Source of the DNA: a virus
DNA length: 64,000 nt
IMG/VR virus record: IMGVR_UViG_3300045988_091566
Strand: one strand, 5' to 3'
Of the stretch, positions 46,997-57,008 are shown piece after piece; position 1 is the first letter of the stretch, and each line of letters begins with the position of its first letter. The notes under the pieces were generated by a model. It worked only from the letters and a program-made list of their open reading frames with translations. It did no database searches and was not told the origin of the DNA. The translations under genes and the position numbers were made by a program.

Positions 46997-48121
46997 GTGC
47001 TAAAACACTTTCCACAATATCGAGTACTAATAATTGTGCCAACAGAAACTTTACAAAAACAATGGTGTGGTCATATAGATTCTAATGGGCTAGGATTAAG
47101 TTGTGATGTACAAATAATAAACACTGTAATAAAACATCCTGCCAAATATGATCTTTTAGTACTGGATGAAGCGCATAGATATGCAGCTGAGACTTTTGTA
47201 AGATTATTTGAAGTAGTAAAATACCAATTTATCTTAGGTCTTACAGCTACTTTCGAGCGTCTTGATGGTAGGGATAAAATATTAGCAAAATACTGCCCAG
47301 TAATTGATACTATTGATATTAATACTTGTCTTGCAAATGGTTGGGTTAGTCCATATAAAGAATATCTAGTCTTAGTAAATGTTGATGATTTAGAAGAATA
47401 TGAAAAAATAAATAAAGAATTCATTTCTCATTTTGAATTCTTCGGATTCTCTTGGGAGTTAGTTAATAAATTAGCTGGTCCTATGGGTTGGCGAAATAAA
47501 CTACTCCTAAGAGATTCTATGTGTAGTGATCCTAATAAAAAATCTGAAGTACTACAAAGTATAAATTATCATGCTATCAGATTTTGGTCTACTATGCATG
47601 AGAAAAAAGCTTTCATAAATAATCATCCAAAGAAAATTGAAATAGTAAAGAAAATTATAGAAGCTAGAAAGGATAAAAAAATAATAACTTTTGCTAATAA
47701 TATTAAAATGGCAGAAAAAATTCCTAATGCTACTGTATATTCTAGTAGAACTTCTAAGAAAAGAAGTGCTACAGCTATTGAAGATTTTAACTCTGGAAAG
47801 GTAACTTTATTATCTACAGTAAAAAAAGCTGATGAAGGACTTGATGTAAAAGGTCTTTCTGTAGCTATTATATTTGGATTAGATAGTTCAACTACTAGAG
47901 CTTGTCAACGGAGAGGAAGATCAATCCGCTTTGAAAAAGGTAAGACAGCAGAAATATTCAATATAGTATTAAATAGAACTCAAGAAACTAAGTGGTTTTA
48001 TGATTCTCATAAGGGAGATTCTTTTATAACTATAGACGAATCAGAATTGGATAAAGTATTACAAGGTAAAGACTTTACCCCAGGTGAAAAGATAGTTCCT
48101 AAATTTGATTTTAGATTCTGA
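46997..48121 (+). CDS. SF2 (DEAH-box-type) helicase core lacking an N-terminal motif I (374 aa)
   Basis: Motif Ia IIVPTETL, motif II VLDEAHRY, motif III GLTATFER, motif VI QRRGRSIRF. No GxGKT in this ORF. Confidence 0.55.
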   Translation: MLKHFPQYRVLIIVPTETLQKQWCGHIDSNGLGLSCDVQIINTVIKHPAKYDLLVLDEAHRYAAETFVRLFEVVKYQFILGLTATFERLDGRDKILAKYCPVIDTIDINTCLANGWVSPYKEYLVLVNVDDLEEYEKINKEFISHFEFFGFSWELVNKLAGPMGWRNKLLLRDSMCSDPNKKSEVLQSINYHAIRFWSTMHEKKAFINNHPKKIEIVKKIIEARKDKKIITFANNIKMAEKIPNATVYSSRTSKKRSATAIEDFNSGKVTLLSTVKKADEGLDVKGLSVAIIFGLDSSTTRACQRRGRSIRFEKGKTAEIFNIVLNRTQETKWFYDSHKGDSFITIDESELDKVLQGKDFTPGEKIVPKFDFRF

Positions 48122-48199
48122 ATCTATGTATTAATATCGCTCTGAGAAGAGATTAACTTAATTACAGTATGGAAGACTTTTAATTATCCGAATTACTGT

Positions 48200-48811
48200 A
48201 TGTTTGATTTAAACATTGATGAAGAAATAACAATTTTAGAAAAATATAATATTACTCCTACTGAATTATTTGTTATTAAAGCTATTAATGCTTATATAGA
48301 AGATTATTCAGAAGATTATCTTCGTAGGTATTTGGCTATTGATAAAAAGTATGTAGGAAGTTTTATAGATATACTTAAATCTTTACAAGATAAAGGTCTT
48401 ATCCTTAAAAGTTATAAAATTATTCCAGGAATGAAACTAGTTCCTGAAGAGATACCATTTAATAAAAACTTCCTAAAATGTTTAGCTAAGAGTTCCTTTG
48501 AAATGGGAAAAGAACTTAGAGAACATTATCCTAGATTTAGAAATATTAATGGATGCTTAACTAGTATGCTAGGTGTTTCTAAAAAGTTTAATAGTCTTGA
48601 AGATGCTTATAGAACTTATGGAAAGAAAATCCATTGGAATGAAGAACTTCATAAAAAGATTATTGATTTACTAGATTGGGAAGCTAATACTGATAATGGT
48701 ATTATTAATTATAGCTTAGCTACATTTATTGTAGATGAAAAATGGGAAGACCTTGAAGCTTTAAAGAATGGAGATTCAGGTATGAATTATAATTCAATCA
48801 CCACTCTGTGA
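48200..48811 (+). CDS. hypothetical protein (203 aa)
   Basis: ORF track. Confidence 0.5.
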   Translation: MFDLNIDEEITILEKYNITPTELFVIKAINAYIEDYSEDYLRRYLAIDKKYVGSFIDILKSLQDKGLILKSYKIIPGMKLVPEEIPFNKNFLKCLAKSSFEMGKELREHYPRFRNINGCLTSMLGVSKKFNSLEDAYRTYGKKIHWNEELHKKIIDLLDWEANTDNGIINYSLATFIVDEKWEDLEALKNGDSGMNYNSITTL

Positions 48812-49890
48812 GTTTAGAAAGTTTTAAACGTTCGATAGAGCTTGGTAGACAAGGATTTAATCAAGGATTTAGTATGGGTCTTCCTAAATTGGAAGAATTA
48901 ATAGGAGGTATTACTAAAAGTACCATGACTCTTTTATTTGCGAGTTCAGGACAAGGTAAAAGTTCATGTGTATTATATTCTTACATATATGCTCCTTTAA
49001 AAGAACATTTAGAAGATAATAAATTAAAAATTATTTTCTTTGCTCTTGAAATGAAAGAAGACTTTATTATAGCTAAATTATTAAGTACCTATTTATATGA
49101 TACCTATCATATTGTTGTAACTGCTAAACAAATATTATCTATAGGTAAAGATTATATTTTACCTGATGATTTATATGAGTATGTACAACTAGGATATGAT
49201 TGGCTAGAAAAAGTATATAAAGTACTAACTATATACGAAGGCTCTTTTAATTCTGATAAGCTCATAAAAGTTACAATGGAAGAGCTTAAAAAAGAAGGAG
49301 AATTTACAGAGAATAAATATATTCCGAAAGACCCTGAAAAAGTAATACTTTCAGTAACTGACCATGTTGGATTGATCCAACCATCCAATGGAAGGAACAG
49401 AAAAGGAGAAATTGATGATTATACTAATAAATTAGTTATCATTAGAAATAAAACAGGATTATCTCCAATTATTGTTATGCAATCCAATAGAGCAGTGGCT
49501 AACATGGAAAGAAAAAAGAATGAAGCTTTCATGGAGCCAATGGTGGAGGATATTAAGGAAACATCCACTGTTTCAGAGAATTCTGAAATTATTTTAGCTG
49601 TATATAATCCTCAAGTTGATAAAAGAACAACTTATAGAGGTTACCAAGTTAAAGAAATGGGCTATAGGTTTCGAAGTATTCTTGTACTAAAGTCAAGATA
49701 TGGAGAAAACCAAGTAGCTGATTGCTGTTTCTTTGACGGAGCAGTAAATAAGTGGATGGAAATGCCTAAGCCAGAAGAAATCTTTGATTATTCTAGATAT
49801 CGAGCTACAAATAACAGTTCAACAGATAATACAATAAAGAATGAAGATAAAGATGAAAAAGTGAAAAGTAAATTAGACTATAGTTTATGA
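48808..49890 (+). CDS. DnaB-family replicative helicase (RecA-like C-terminal domain; 360 aa)
   Basis: Walker A LLFASSGQGKSS. FFALEMKEDFIIAKLL matches the DnaB SLEMs..ql motif. ILSVTDHVGLIQ is the Walker B region. IIVMQSNRAVANMERKKN...EDIKETSTVSENSEIILAVYNP matches the DnaB C-terminal QLNR...LReSG.IEQDADvv signature. Confidence 0.65.
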   Translation: MSLESFKRSIELGRQGFNQGFSMGLPKLEELIGGITKSTMTLLFASSGQGKSSCVLYSYIYAPLKEHLEDNKLKIIFFALEMKEDFIIAKLLSTYLYDTYHIVVTAKQILSIGKDYILPDDLYEYVQLGYDWLEKVYKVLTIYEGSFNSDKLIKVTMEELKKEGEFTENKYIPKDPEKVILSVTDHVGLIQPSNGRNRKGEIDDYTNKLVIIRNKTGLSPIIVMQSNRAVANMERKKNEAFMEPMVEDIKETSTVSENSEIILAVYNPQVDKRTTYRGYQVKEMGYRFRSILVLKSRYGENQVADCCFFDGAVNKWMEMPKPEEIFDYSRYRATNNSSTDNTIKNEDKDEKVKSKLDYSL

Positions 49891-50642
49891 TTATTGGTTT
49901 AGCAGGTTTGAGTGGTACCGGAAAAAGCACTTCTTTGCGTTATTTAGATTATAAATCAACATTTATCATTAGTTGTACTAACAAGCAACTTCAAATTCCT
50001 GGATTTAGACGTAAGTACAAGAAAGCTGAAGTTGTAAATAAGAAGCCAGTTGGAAATTGGCTTGTGTCTAATGATTATACTACTATTGGTAAGTGGTTAA
50101 AGATTATTGATAAATTACGTTCTGATATTAAGACAGTAGTCGTAGATGATGCTAACTATTGTCTTTCAAATAATATAATGGATTCTGCCCTTGAAAAAGG
50201 TTGGGATAAGCACGTTGTGTTTGCTAAAAATTACTATGATTTAATCATGGAAGCTAGTGAACTGCGTGAAGATCTTAATGTAGTATTCATTAGTCATATT
50301 ATTAATGCTGGTACTGACCTCGATGAACATTGGCAGTTATATTCTAGTGGTAAAATGTTGGATAGAACTGTAAATATTGATGGTTTATTTTCTTATATTT
50401 TATATACTGAACGTCAGGTTGATGATGAGGGCAATATTAGTTATTTCTTTAGAACCAAAACCAATGGTAACGATACTTGTCGTAGTGTTGATGGATGTTT
50501 TAAAGATAAACTGATTGAACCTAATATGCAGAAGGTTTTAGATACTATCCATAATTTTGAATATGGTGAGGAAGAAGAAGAAATCGCAGATGACCATAAT
50601 GAAACCAATAATGATGACAATATTTTAAATGAAGCTAATTAA
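49887..50642 (+). CDS. P-loop ATPase (251 aa; possibly a helicase loader or Sak4-like)
   Basis: N-terminal Walker A GLAGLSGTGKST. Walker B-like VVVDDANY. Confidence 0.45.
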   Translation: MIIGLAGLSGTGKSTSLRYLDYKSTFIISCTNKQLQIPGFRRKYKKAEVVNKKPVGNWLVSNDYTTIGKWLKIIDKLRSDIKTVVVDDANYCLSNNIMDSALEKGWDKHVVFAKNYYDLIMEASELREDLNVVFISHIINAGTDLDEHWQLYSSGKMLDRTVNIDGLFSYILYTERQVDDEGNISYFFRTKTNGNDTCRSVDGCFKDKLIEPNMQKVLDTIHNFEYGEEEEEIADDHNETNNDDNILNEAN

Positions 50643-51234
50643 AATGACAATTAAGTCCGAGTGGCTTAATGAAGAAACTGGAGAAATTTTTACTGATACA
50701 CGTGAATTGAAGGATGATTCTGTAAAGAAGCCGTCTACTCGTAAGTCTTCTTCTAAAAAGAAAGATTCAGAAGTAGATGATACAAATCCTAATCCACTAT
50801 TAATTCTTGAGGAGAATAAGTATATTCTTAATAAGGCTGCTGTTGAGGCTCTTGGTGTAGAACCAGGAGATAAGGTAGACATTAAACAGCAGAAACTTAA
50901 TAAGAAGGAGTGCTTAGTTATCGGAGCTGCTGAAACATTTGGTACGCAGTCAGGTAATAAATTAACTCAGAAGAATGCAGTTTCATATAGAGGAAAGAAT
51001 AACCAGAACCTTGCTGAGCATGGTAATGAGTTTACTTTTACTCCACATCCTAAAATTGATGGATTGTTTATATTAACAGGTAATCGAGAGCCTGAGATTA
51101 AAGAAGATGTAGTTCCTGAAGCAGAGGATATTGCATCAGAAGATGAATTAGATGACGAAATGGCTAGTCTTATTGACGGCAACGCAGATGATACAGAAAT
51201 CTCAGATAATGATTTTAATTTCGATAATCTTTAA
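50629..51234 (+). CDS. hypothetical protein (201 aa) with a strongly acidic C-terminal tail; SSB-like candidate
   Basis: C-terminus DDEMASLIDGNADDTEISDNDFNFDNL. Lys-rich N-terminal region. Confidence 0.3.
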   Translation: MKLIKMTIKSEWLNEETGEIFTDTRELKDDSVKKPSTRKSSSKKKDSEVDDTNPNPLLILEENKYILNKAAVEALGVEPGDKVDIKQQKLNKKECLVIGAAETFGTQSGNKLTQKNAVSYRGKNNQNLAEHGNEFTFTPHPKIDGLFILTGNREPEIKEDVVPEAEDIASEDELDDEMASLIDGNADDTEISDNDFNFDNL

Positions 51235-51246
51235 TAATATAGCAAT

Positions 51247-52017
51247 ATGAATTTAAATTTTGGTGGTCTTGGTGATATTAATCCTACAAGTAAGAAAGGT
51301 CTTCGTCCTTATGGAATTTATCTTGTTCAGTTAAAAAGTGTAGAAACTAAGGAAGGTCAAGGTAAACAAGACCCTAGTACAACTTGGAAATCTCTGGTAC
51401 TTCATTTTGAAGGAGAGCAAGGAACTTATCAAGAATCATTGTTTTATCCTAATGAAAGTTCTGCTAAAAGATATGAGGGTAAGAGAAAGGATTCTAAGGG
51501 TGTAGAATTCCCATATGTACTTCCTTCAGCATTTGAACAGCTTAAAGGTTTTATGCTGCATATTATAACAGTAGTAGGTGGTGATAAAGCTAAAGAATTG
51601 TTTATAACTAAAACTCCTGCTTGTAAGAGTACTGACCAATTCATGCAGCTTTTCCAGGCAGTATTAACTAAGCATTGTATGAATAAAAACTTTTATTTAA
51701 AGCTTAGCGGTCGTAAGGAAAAGAAAAAGGATGAAAAGGGAATCTCAAAGGAAACTGGCAATGTATTTGCTAAGATTCCTGATATTGGAGCTATTAATAG
51801 TGATGGACAGTTCTATATCCGTGATAATTTTGCTAGCTTAGAGGAAGATAAATTGTCATTCTTTAGTTATGAGATTAAGCAGAAAGAGGATATGGAGAAG
51901 CGTAAGCCTACTGCTCCTATGCCAGCAGCTGATTCAGAAGAGGCTAAATCTATTGACTCTACTGAAGGCAAGGAGGCTCAAGATGAAGACTTCGATGCTA
52001 TGCTGGCAGATATGTAG
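51247..52017 (+). CDS. putative ssDNA-binding protein (T7 gp2.5-like?) with an acidic C-terminal tail ending in an aromatic residue (256 aa)
   Basis: C-terminus EAQDEDFDAMLADM. Located in the replication module, upstream of the primase. Confidence 0.35.
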   Translation: MNLNFGGLGDINPTSKKGLRPYGIYLVQLKSVETKEGQGKQDPSTTWKSLVLHFEGEQGTYQESLFYPNESSAKRYEGKRKDSKGVEFPYVLPSAFEQLKGFMLHIITVVGGDKAKELFITKTPACKSTDQFMQLFQAVLTKHCMNKNFYLKLSGRKEKKKDEKGISKETGNVFAKIPDIGAINSDGQFYIRDNFASLEEDKLSFFSYEIKQKEDMEKRKPTAPMPAADSEEAKSIDSTEGKEAQDEDFDAMLADM

Positions 52018-52040
52018 TAATTATAAAGTAAGTAGTTTTT

Positions 52041-53051
52041 ATGGAATTAGATTTTTCTTATAAACCAGATATTACTAAGGACTACTTACTTAAATATAAC
52101 ACAGAGGAAGCCTATATGGAGTATTATCTTGGCGTAAAAGTTTCAAAAAAATTAATTTGTAATCCTTTACGTAAAGATAAAAATCCTACGGCTTCCTTTT
52201 TTCGTAACTCTAAAGGAGAACTTATATTCCATGATTTTAATGGGAGCTTTTATGGAAACTTTATATCAGTAGTTATGACTAAATATGCTTGTAAATATCA
52301 TCAAGCATTAGATATTATAGCTAAAGATTTTGGCTTATTAAAAGGACAAAATAATTATCATTCTGTAATACAATCAAGCACTTCTTTTGTTAAAACAAAT
52401 GAGCCAGCAGATATACGAGTAGAAATAAAAGATTTCTCAGAAGATGAATTAAAATGGTGGGGTAAACAAGGAGTTTCTTTAGAATTACTAAATAAATATA
52501 AAGTATATTCTTGTCGTACTGTATTTTTAAATGGTAATATTCAAACTATAAAGACCAAAGATAACTTTATCTTCGGATATTATGGAGGAACAATGCAAGG
52601 TAAAGAATTGTGGAGAATTTATTATCCTAAACGTAAAGAATATAGATTTCTAACAAATTGGCCCTCTAAAAAGGTTCAGGGCTATAGTCAGTTACCTAAA
52701 AAAGGTAATTTATTAGTCATAACTAAAAGTATGAAAGATACTATGTGTTTAAGAGGTTTAGGTGTAACAGCCTGTGCTCCAAATAGTGAAACACAATGGT
52801 TATCTGAAAACATGTTAAATGATCTAAAAGAAAGATTTACTTATATAGTAACTTTTTATGATAATGATAGACCTGGAATGTTTAATATGGCTAAGATAAG
52901 AAAAAATCATCCAGAATTACTTTATTTCTTTATACCTCATAAATTCAAAGTAAAAGATATAAGTGATTTTTATAAAAAATATGGTCGACAGAATACTTTA
53001 AAATTTATAAAGTATTATATAAAAAAATTAAGTAACTATGTCAAAAAGTAA
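52041..53051 (+). CDS. DNA primase (DnaG/TOPRIM-like; 336 aa)
   Basis: Degenerate N-terminal Zn-binding region CNPLRKDKNPTASFFRN...FHDFNGSFYGNF. TOPRIM-like LLVITKSMKDTMCLRGLG (E...) and FYDNDRPG (DxD). Confidence 0.5.
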   Translation: MELDFSYKPDITKDYLLKYNTEEAYMEYYLGVKVSKKLICNPLRKDKNPTASFFRNSKGELIFHDFNGSFYGNFISVVMTKYACKYHQALDIIAKDFGLLKGQNNYHSVIQSSTSFVKTNEPADIRVEIKDFSEDELKWWGKQGVSLELLNKYKVYSCRTVFLNGNIQTIKTKDNFIFGYYGGTMQGKELWRIYYPKRKEYRFLTNWPSKKVQGYSQLPKKGNLLVITKSMKDTMCLRGLGVTACAPNSETQWLSENMLNDLKERFTYIVTFYDNDRPGMFNMAKIRKNHPELLYFFIPHKFKVKDISDFYKKYGRQNTLKFIKYYIKKLSNYVKK

Positions 53052-53097
53052 TTAGAATCTGAATACTGCTATTAGAATAACATATAAGAACGGCGAT

Positions 53098-53595
53098 GTG
53101 CACGATTATACATCTATAGAGGAATGCTCTGAGAAAACTAAAATAAGTCAAGCAGCTCTTAAAATTAGATGTAATAAATCTGGAAAAATGGCTGATGGCA
53201 CTTTATATGAATGGATAGATAGCCATACTAAGAAGAGTTATCAAGCTAAAAAATCTAGAAATAAAGGTCATAAATATGAATTAGATGTTATAAAGGAACT
53301 TACTGATTTAGGTTATAAAGGATTAGTTAGTTCTAGATCACAAAATCGTAATTTAGATAATGCAAAAATAGATATAGCAGAAACAGAGGATCATTTAAGT
53401 TGTTATGTTCAGTGTAAAGCCACAGCTAATATTCCAAACGTAGCAAAAATAAATGCTGAAGTTGGTTATACTGACAGACCTCTTGCTATTTTTTGGAAAA
53501 AACAAAATGTAACAACTGGATTAAAAGAATTTGTGATTATACCAAAAACTTATTTTTATAGTTTATTAGAGCATGACAAGGTTAACAACAAGTGA
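53098..53595 (+). CDS. hypothetical protein (165 aa)
   Basis: ORF track. Confidence 0.45.
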   Translation: MHDYTSIEECSEKTKISQAALKIRCNKSGKMADGTLYEWIDSHTKKSYQAKKSRNKGHKYELDVIKELTDLGYKGLVSSRSQNRNLDNAKIDIAETEDHLSCYVQCKATANIPNVAKINAEVGYTDRPLAIFWKKQNVTTGLKEFVIIPKTYFYSLLEHDKVNNK

Positions 53596-54613
53596 ATTTA
53601 TAAAATAGGCTAAAAATGCTCATGGTGATAAATATGACTATTCTAAGGTAATTTATAAAACAAAAAAAGATAAGGTTTGTATAATATGTCATAATAAAGA
53701 TGAGAATGGAATAGAGCATGGAGAATTTTGGTAGACTCCAGATCAACATTCTAGAGGACAAGGTTGCCCTAAATGTAAATTTGAAAAATTATCTAAAGAT
53801 AGGGCTGATACTAAAGAAACTTTTATTGAAAAAGCTAATAAAGTTCATAATAATAAATATAATTATGATAAAGTAGTTTATAAAAATAGATATTAGAAAG
53901 TTATTATAACTTGCCCTATTCATGGAGACTTTATTCAAGATCCTAATAATCATCTTAGTGGTAAAGGTTGTCCAATATGCGGAAGAATAAGTGCTGCTAA
54001 AACGCACACTATGTCTAACGATGAATATATAAGAAGAGTCCAAATTACTCATCCTGAATATGATTATTCTATTACTAATTATACAGGAATAAATAATTCA
54101 ATTCAATATATTTGTCCTAGTCATGGTGTAATAACTCAAAGTGCTCATGACCATTTATATAATCAAGCTGGATGCCCTAAATGTAATCAATCTCATGGCG
54201 AAAAAGCTATACTTCAATATCTTAAAAATAAAGATATTTGGGTAATTCCTCAATATGACATTCCTATAGATACTAATATTAATTATACCGGTAAAGCTTA
54301 TATAGATTTTTATTTACCTGAATATAATGTATTTATAGAATATAATGGAATACAACATTATACGCCTGTGAAACACTTTGGAGGTAAAATACAGTTTGAA
54401 AAACAAAGACTTAGAGATAATGCTATAAGAAAATATTGCTCTATAGAAAATATAAAACTTATTGAAATTCCTTGGAATATAAATTTAAAATTAATACCTG
54501 ATATTTTAGATTATTCTTTACAAAACTTAGATAAGCCTTCTATAGCATTTGTAGGAATGGATTTCTTCTATACTTTATTAGAATGTTATTCTAAAAGTAA
54601 TAATTTAATATGA
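53573..54613 (+). CDS. putative homing-type endonuclease: repeated CPxHG..GCPxC Zn-ribbon modules plus a C-terminal DUF559/Vsr-like PD-(D/E)xK nuclease domain; 3 in-frame TAG (53606, 53732, 53894)
   Basis: Frame 2 is continuous from ATG 53573 to 54613 if TAG is sense. The ORF-track piece 54011..54613 is in the same frame. Repeats KYDYSKV.YK...KV.IICP.HGEFW*TP..H..G.GCPKC. C-terminal IDFYLPEYNVFIEYNGIQHY. Paralog at 61575. Confidence 0.55.
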
Positions 54614-54798
54614 GGGAATTATTAATCTTAGGAGTAATAGATTTTATAATAAGTATAATATTAATTTTACTTAAGATTTTTGGAATATTGTTATGGAGTT
54701 GGGTAACATTAGCAGTGGTAATATTTTTATCACTCCCAATCACCATAATGATATTATTTATTATTATAATGATAATTATATATAACAATACCAAATGA
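54610..54798 (+). CDS. small membrane protein (62 aa)
   Basis: Almost entirely hydrophobic. Confidence 0.35.
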   Translation: MRELLILGVIDFIISIILILLKIFGILLWSWVTLAVVIFLSLPITIMILFIIIMIIIYNNTK

Positions 54799-55040
54799 AT
54801 AATTATATTTTTGCAATTTGTCAGAGTAATAAAAATAAACTTCATAAGTTAACAGCATCTTCATATGAGGAAGCTGTTGAAAAGGCTAAAGAAGAAGTTG
54901 ATAAGTACTTAAATTTAGACGATGATACATATGCTATTCTTGATAACAATGATAGCTGGATAAATATCAGAGCTGAATTGGCTAAGAAAGGTATTGGGGT
55001 AACATATATAAGAGATATTGAGGAATTATTTAATCTATGA
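54795..55040 (+). CDS. hypothetical protein (81 aa)
   Basis: ORF track. Confidence 0.4.
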   Translation: MNNYIFAICQSNKNKLHKLTASSYEEAVEKAKEEVDKYLNLDDDTYAILDNNDSWINIRAELAKKGIGVTYIRDIEELFNL

Positions 55041-55573
55041 AATTAAGAATTGGTTTAGATTTAGATGATACATTAAATGAGTTTATGAATCCATATTTAA
55101 AAAGATTTGGATATCCTAAGTCTGATGGAGAAATAACAAAAAATGTACAACAAGTTTTAATAAAAGACAGAGAATGGTGGATAAATCTTCCAGTAAAAAA
55201 TAAAATAAACTTTATACCTGAATTATATTGTACTAAAAGAGTATGCAATAAAGACTATAGTAAAACATGGCTAAAGAATAATGGTTATCCTAATAAACCT
55301 GTTTATCAAGTCTTATATCAGCGTGCTAATAAAGCTCGGTATATAAAAGGTAGAGTTGATATTTTCATTGATGATTCTATTAGTAATTTTATTCAGATGA
55401 ATCTAGCAGGATTGCCTTGCTTATTAATAGCTTCTAAATCTAATGAAAAATGGGGTCCTTATGGTAAGATTTATAGTTTAGATAAAGAAGAGATAGAATA
55501 TGGATATGAATGTATAAAAGAGTCGGAAGACTTTAACAATTACTTACGTGAAATTAAGTCAAATTTCTATTAA
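55037..55573 (+). CDS. HAD-superfamily phosphatase, 5'(3')-deoxyribonucleotidase-like (178 aa)
   Basis: HAD motif I IGLDLDDTL (DxDxT). Motif III-like VDIFIDDS. Confidence 0.5.
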   Translation: MKLRIGLDLDDTLNEFMNPYLKRFGYPKSDGEITKNVQQVLIKDREWWINLPVKNKINFIPELYCTKRVCNKDYSKTWLKNNGYPNKPVYQVLYQRANKARYIKGRVDIFIDDSISNFIQMNLAGLPCLLIASKSNEKWGPYGKIYSLDKEEIEYGYECIKESEDFNNYLREIKSNFY

Positions 55574-56594
55574 ACCTCTGATAGAGACTTTAAGAGTTGA
55601 AGATATTGATGATAATACTTATTTCTCAGAAAAGTATAATAATTATATCTCAAACTCTAGATTATCTAAGATAAATCCAGATCAAGATGGTTCTCCAACA
55701 GAGTTCTTTGATAATTGGGGTAAGACTAAGTTAAATACAACTAGCTTGGAATTTGGTAGTTGGTTGCATACTTTAGTTTTACAACCTGATGACTTCTTTC
55801 TAACAGATGTTAACAGACCTACTGCTAAAATGGGGGCAATGGCAGATTATATTTATAAGAAAACACAAGGTATCAATGTTACTAATGATATTATATTAGA
55901 AGCATCTGATAAATGTGATTATTATAAAGATAAAATGTCAGATAAAAAAATAGAAAAAGTGTTAGCAGACTGTGCTCAATACTGGTGTGATAGAAAAGCT
56001 TTTGAAAAAGAAAATAATGATGCTAGAACACCAATATTTACAGACCCTAAAAATCATGCTAAACTGAAAGTCTGTCTAGAGTCTCTAGATAGTGATACAC
56101 AAATTCAATCTTTACTAAACCCTGAAGGATTACTAGAACAACCAATTATTGGTAATGAGATAGCTTTCCTTATAGATGTTTTAGTAGAGGCTCCAGAGCA
56201 TAAACCTTTTATACTAAAAATTAAGTCTAAACTTGATAATTATAGTATAGATAAAGAAGAAGGAATAATCACTGTAAATGATTTAAAAACCACAGGAGAT
56301 TTAATAAATAACTTTGCTAAAGGAGCTCTTATTAAATATCACTATTATAGAGAGATGGCTTTATATAGTTGGTTATTAACTATGGCTGCTAAGAAGAATT
56401 ATAACATTGAGAATCCTAAAATTAGAAGTAATTTCTTAGTAGTAGAAACTATTCCAAATTTTAATACTAAAGTAGTTCCTATGACTAGAGAACTTTTTAA
56501 TAAAGGATTTAAAGAGTTTACTCACCTTCTTAAATTAGTAGCATTCTATTGTATGCATGGTTATGAGGGATTCGGAATTACTCAAGAGACCTGA
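55548..56594 (+). CDS. hypothetical protein (348 aa); possible PD-(D/E)xK-type exonuclease
   Basis: FLIDVLVE ... ILKIKSK / VNDLKTTGD is compatible with D...E.K nuclease motifs. Weak. Confidence 0.3.
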   Translation: MKLSQISIKPLIETLRVEDIDDNTYFSEKYNNYISNSRLSKINPDQDGSPTEFFDNWGKTKLNTTSLEFGSWLHTLVLQPDDFFLTDVNRPTAKMGAMADYIYKKTQGINVTNDIILEASDKCDYYKDKMSDKKIEKVLADCAQYWCDRKAFEKENNDARTPIFTDPKNHAKLKVCLESLDSDTQIQSLLNPEGLLEQPIIGNEIAFLIDVLVEAPEHKPFILKIKSKLDNYSIDKEEGIITVNDLKTTGDLINNFAKGALIKYHYYREMALYSWLLTMAAKKNYNIENPKIRSNFLVVETIPNFNTKVVPMTRELFNKGFKEFTHLLKLVAFYCMHGYEGFGITQET

Positions 56595-56916
56595 TTATAC
56601 TAAACTTTCCGATTTATATCGTAAATACTTTAGTTTAGGGTCTTTAGGGGAAAGTATAAATTTAAAATTTGCACTTATATCGTTACTTGGATATATGGTA
56701 AATTCTATGAAGAAGAAAAAACCTGGAGTTACTTATTATGAAGTAACTGCTAAATTAGCAGAAAAAACAGGTCTTGATGAAGATACAATACAAGCTATTG
56801 CTATCATCACTGAGGATTTTTCATATGGATGTACCGATTTTCCAACATTTGGCGTGCAACCAAAAGATATGCCAACAAAAATAAGAGAATTAATGGGAAA
56901 ATTTCTTCCATTCTAA
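56557..56916 (+). CDS. hypothetical protein (119 aa)
   Basis: ORF track. Confidence 0.4.
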   Translation: MVMRDSELLKRPDYTKLSDLYRKYFSLGSLGESINLKFALISLLGYMVNSMKKKKPGVTYYEVTAKLAEKTGLDEDTIQAIAIITEDFSYGCTDFPTFGVQPKDMPTKIRELMGKFLPF

Positions 56917-57008
56917 AAAAATTAATTTTTTTATAATTTTCTTTTTGGAGGCAAAAAATATAGATTATATTAGCATTACAAAGATAAAGAAAAAACATCG
57001 CAGATGAT

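Noticed and set aside
51869-52063. ORF 51869..52063 (+) overlapping the end of 51247..52017
   Set aside because: Alternative-frame ORF with Leu/Arg-rich low-complexity translation. The overlapping frame carries the conserved acidic SSB-like tail.
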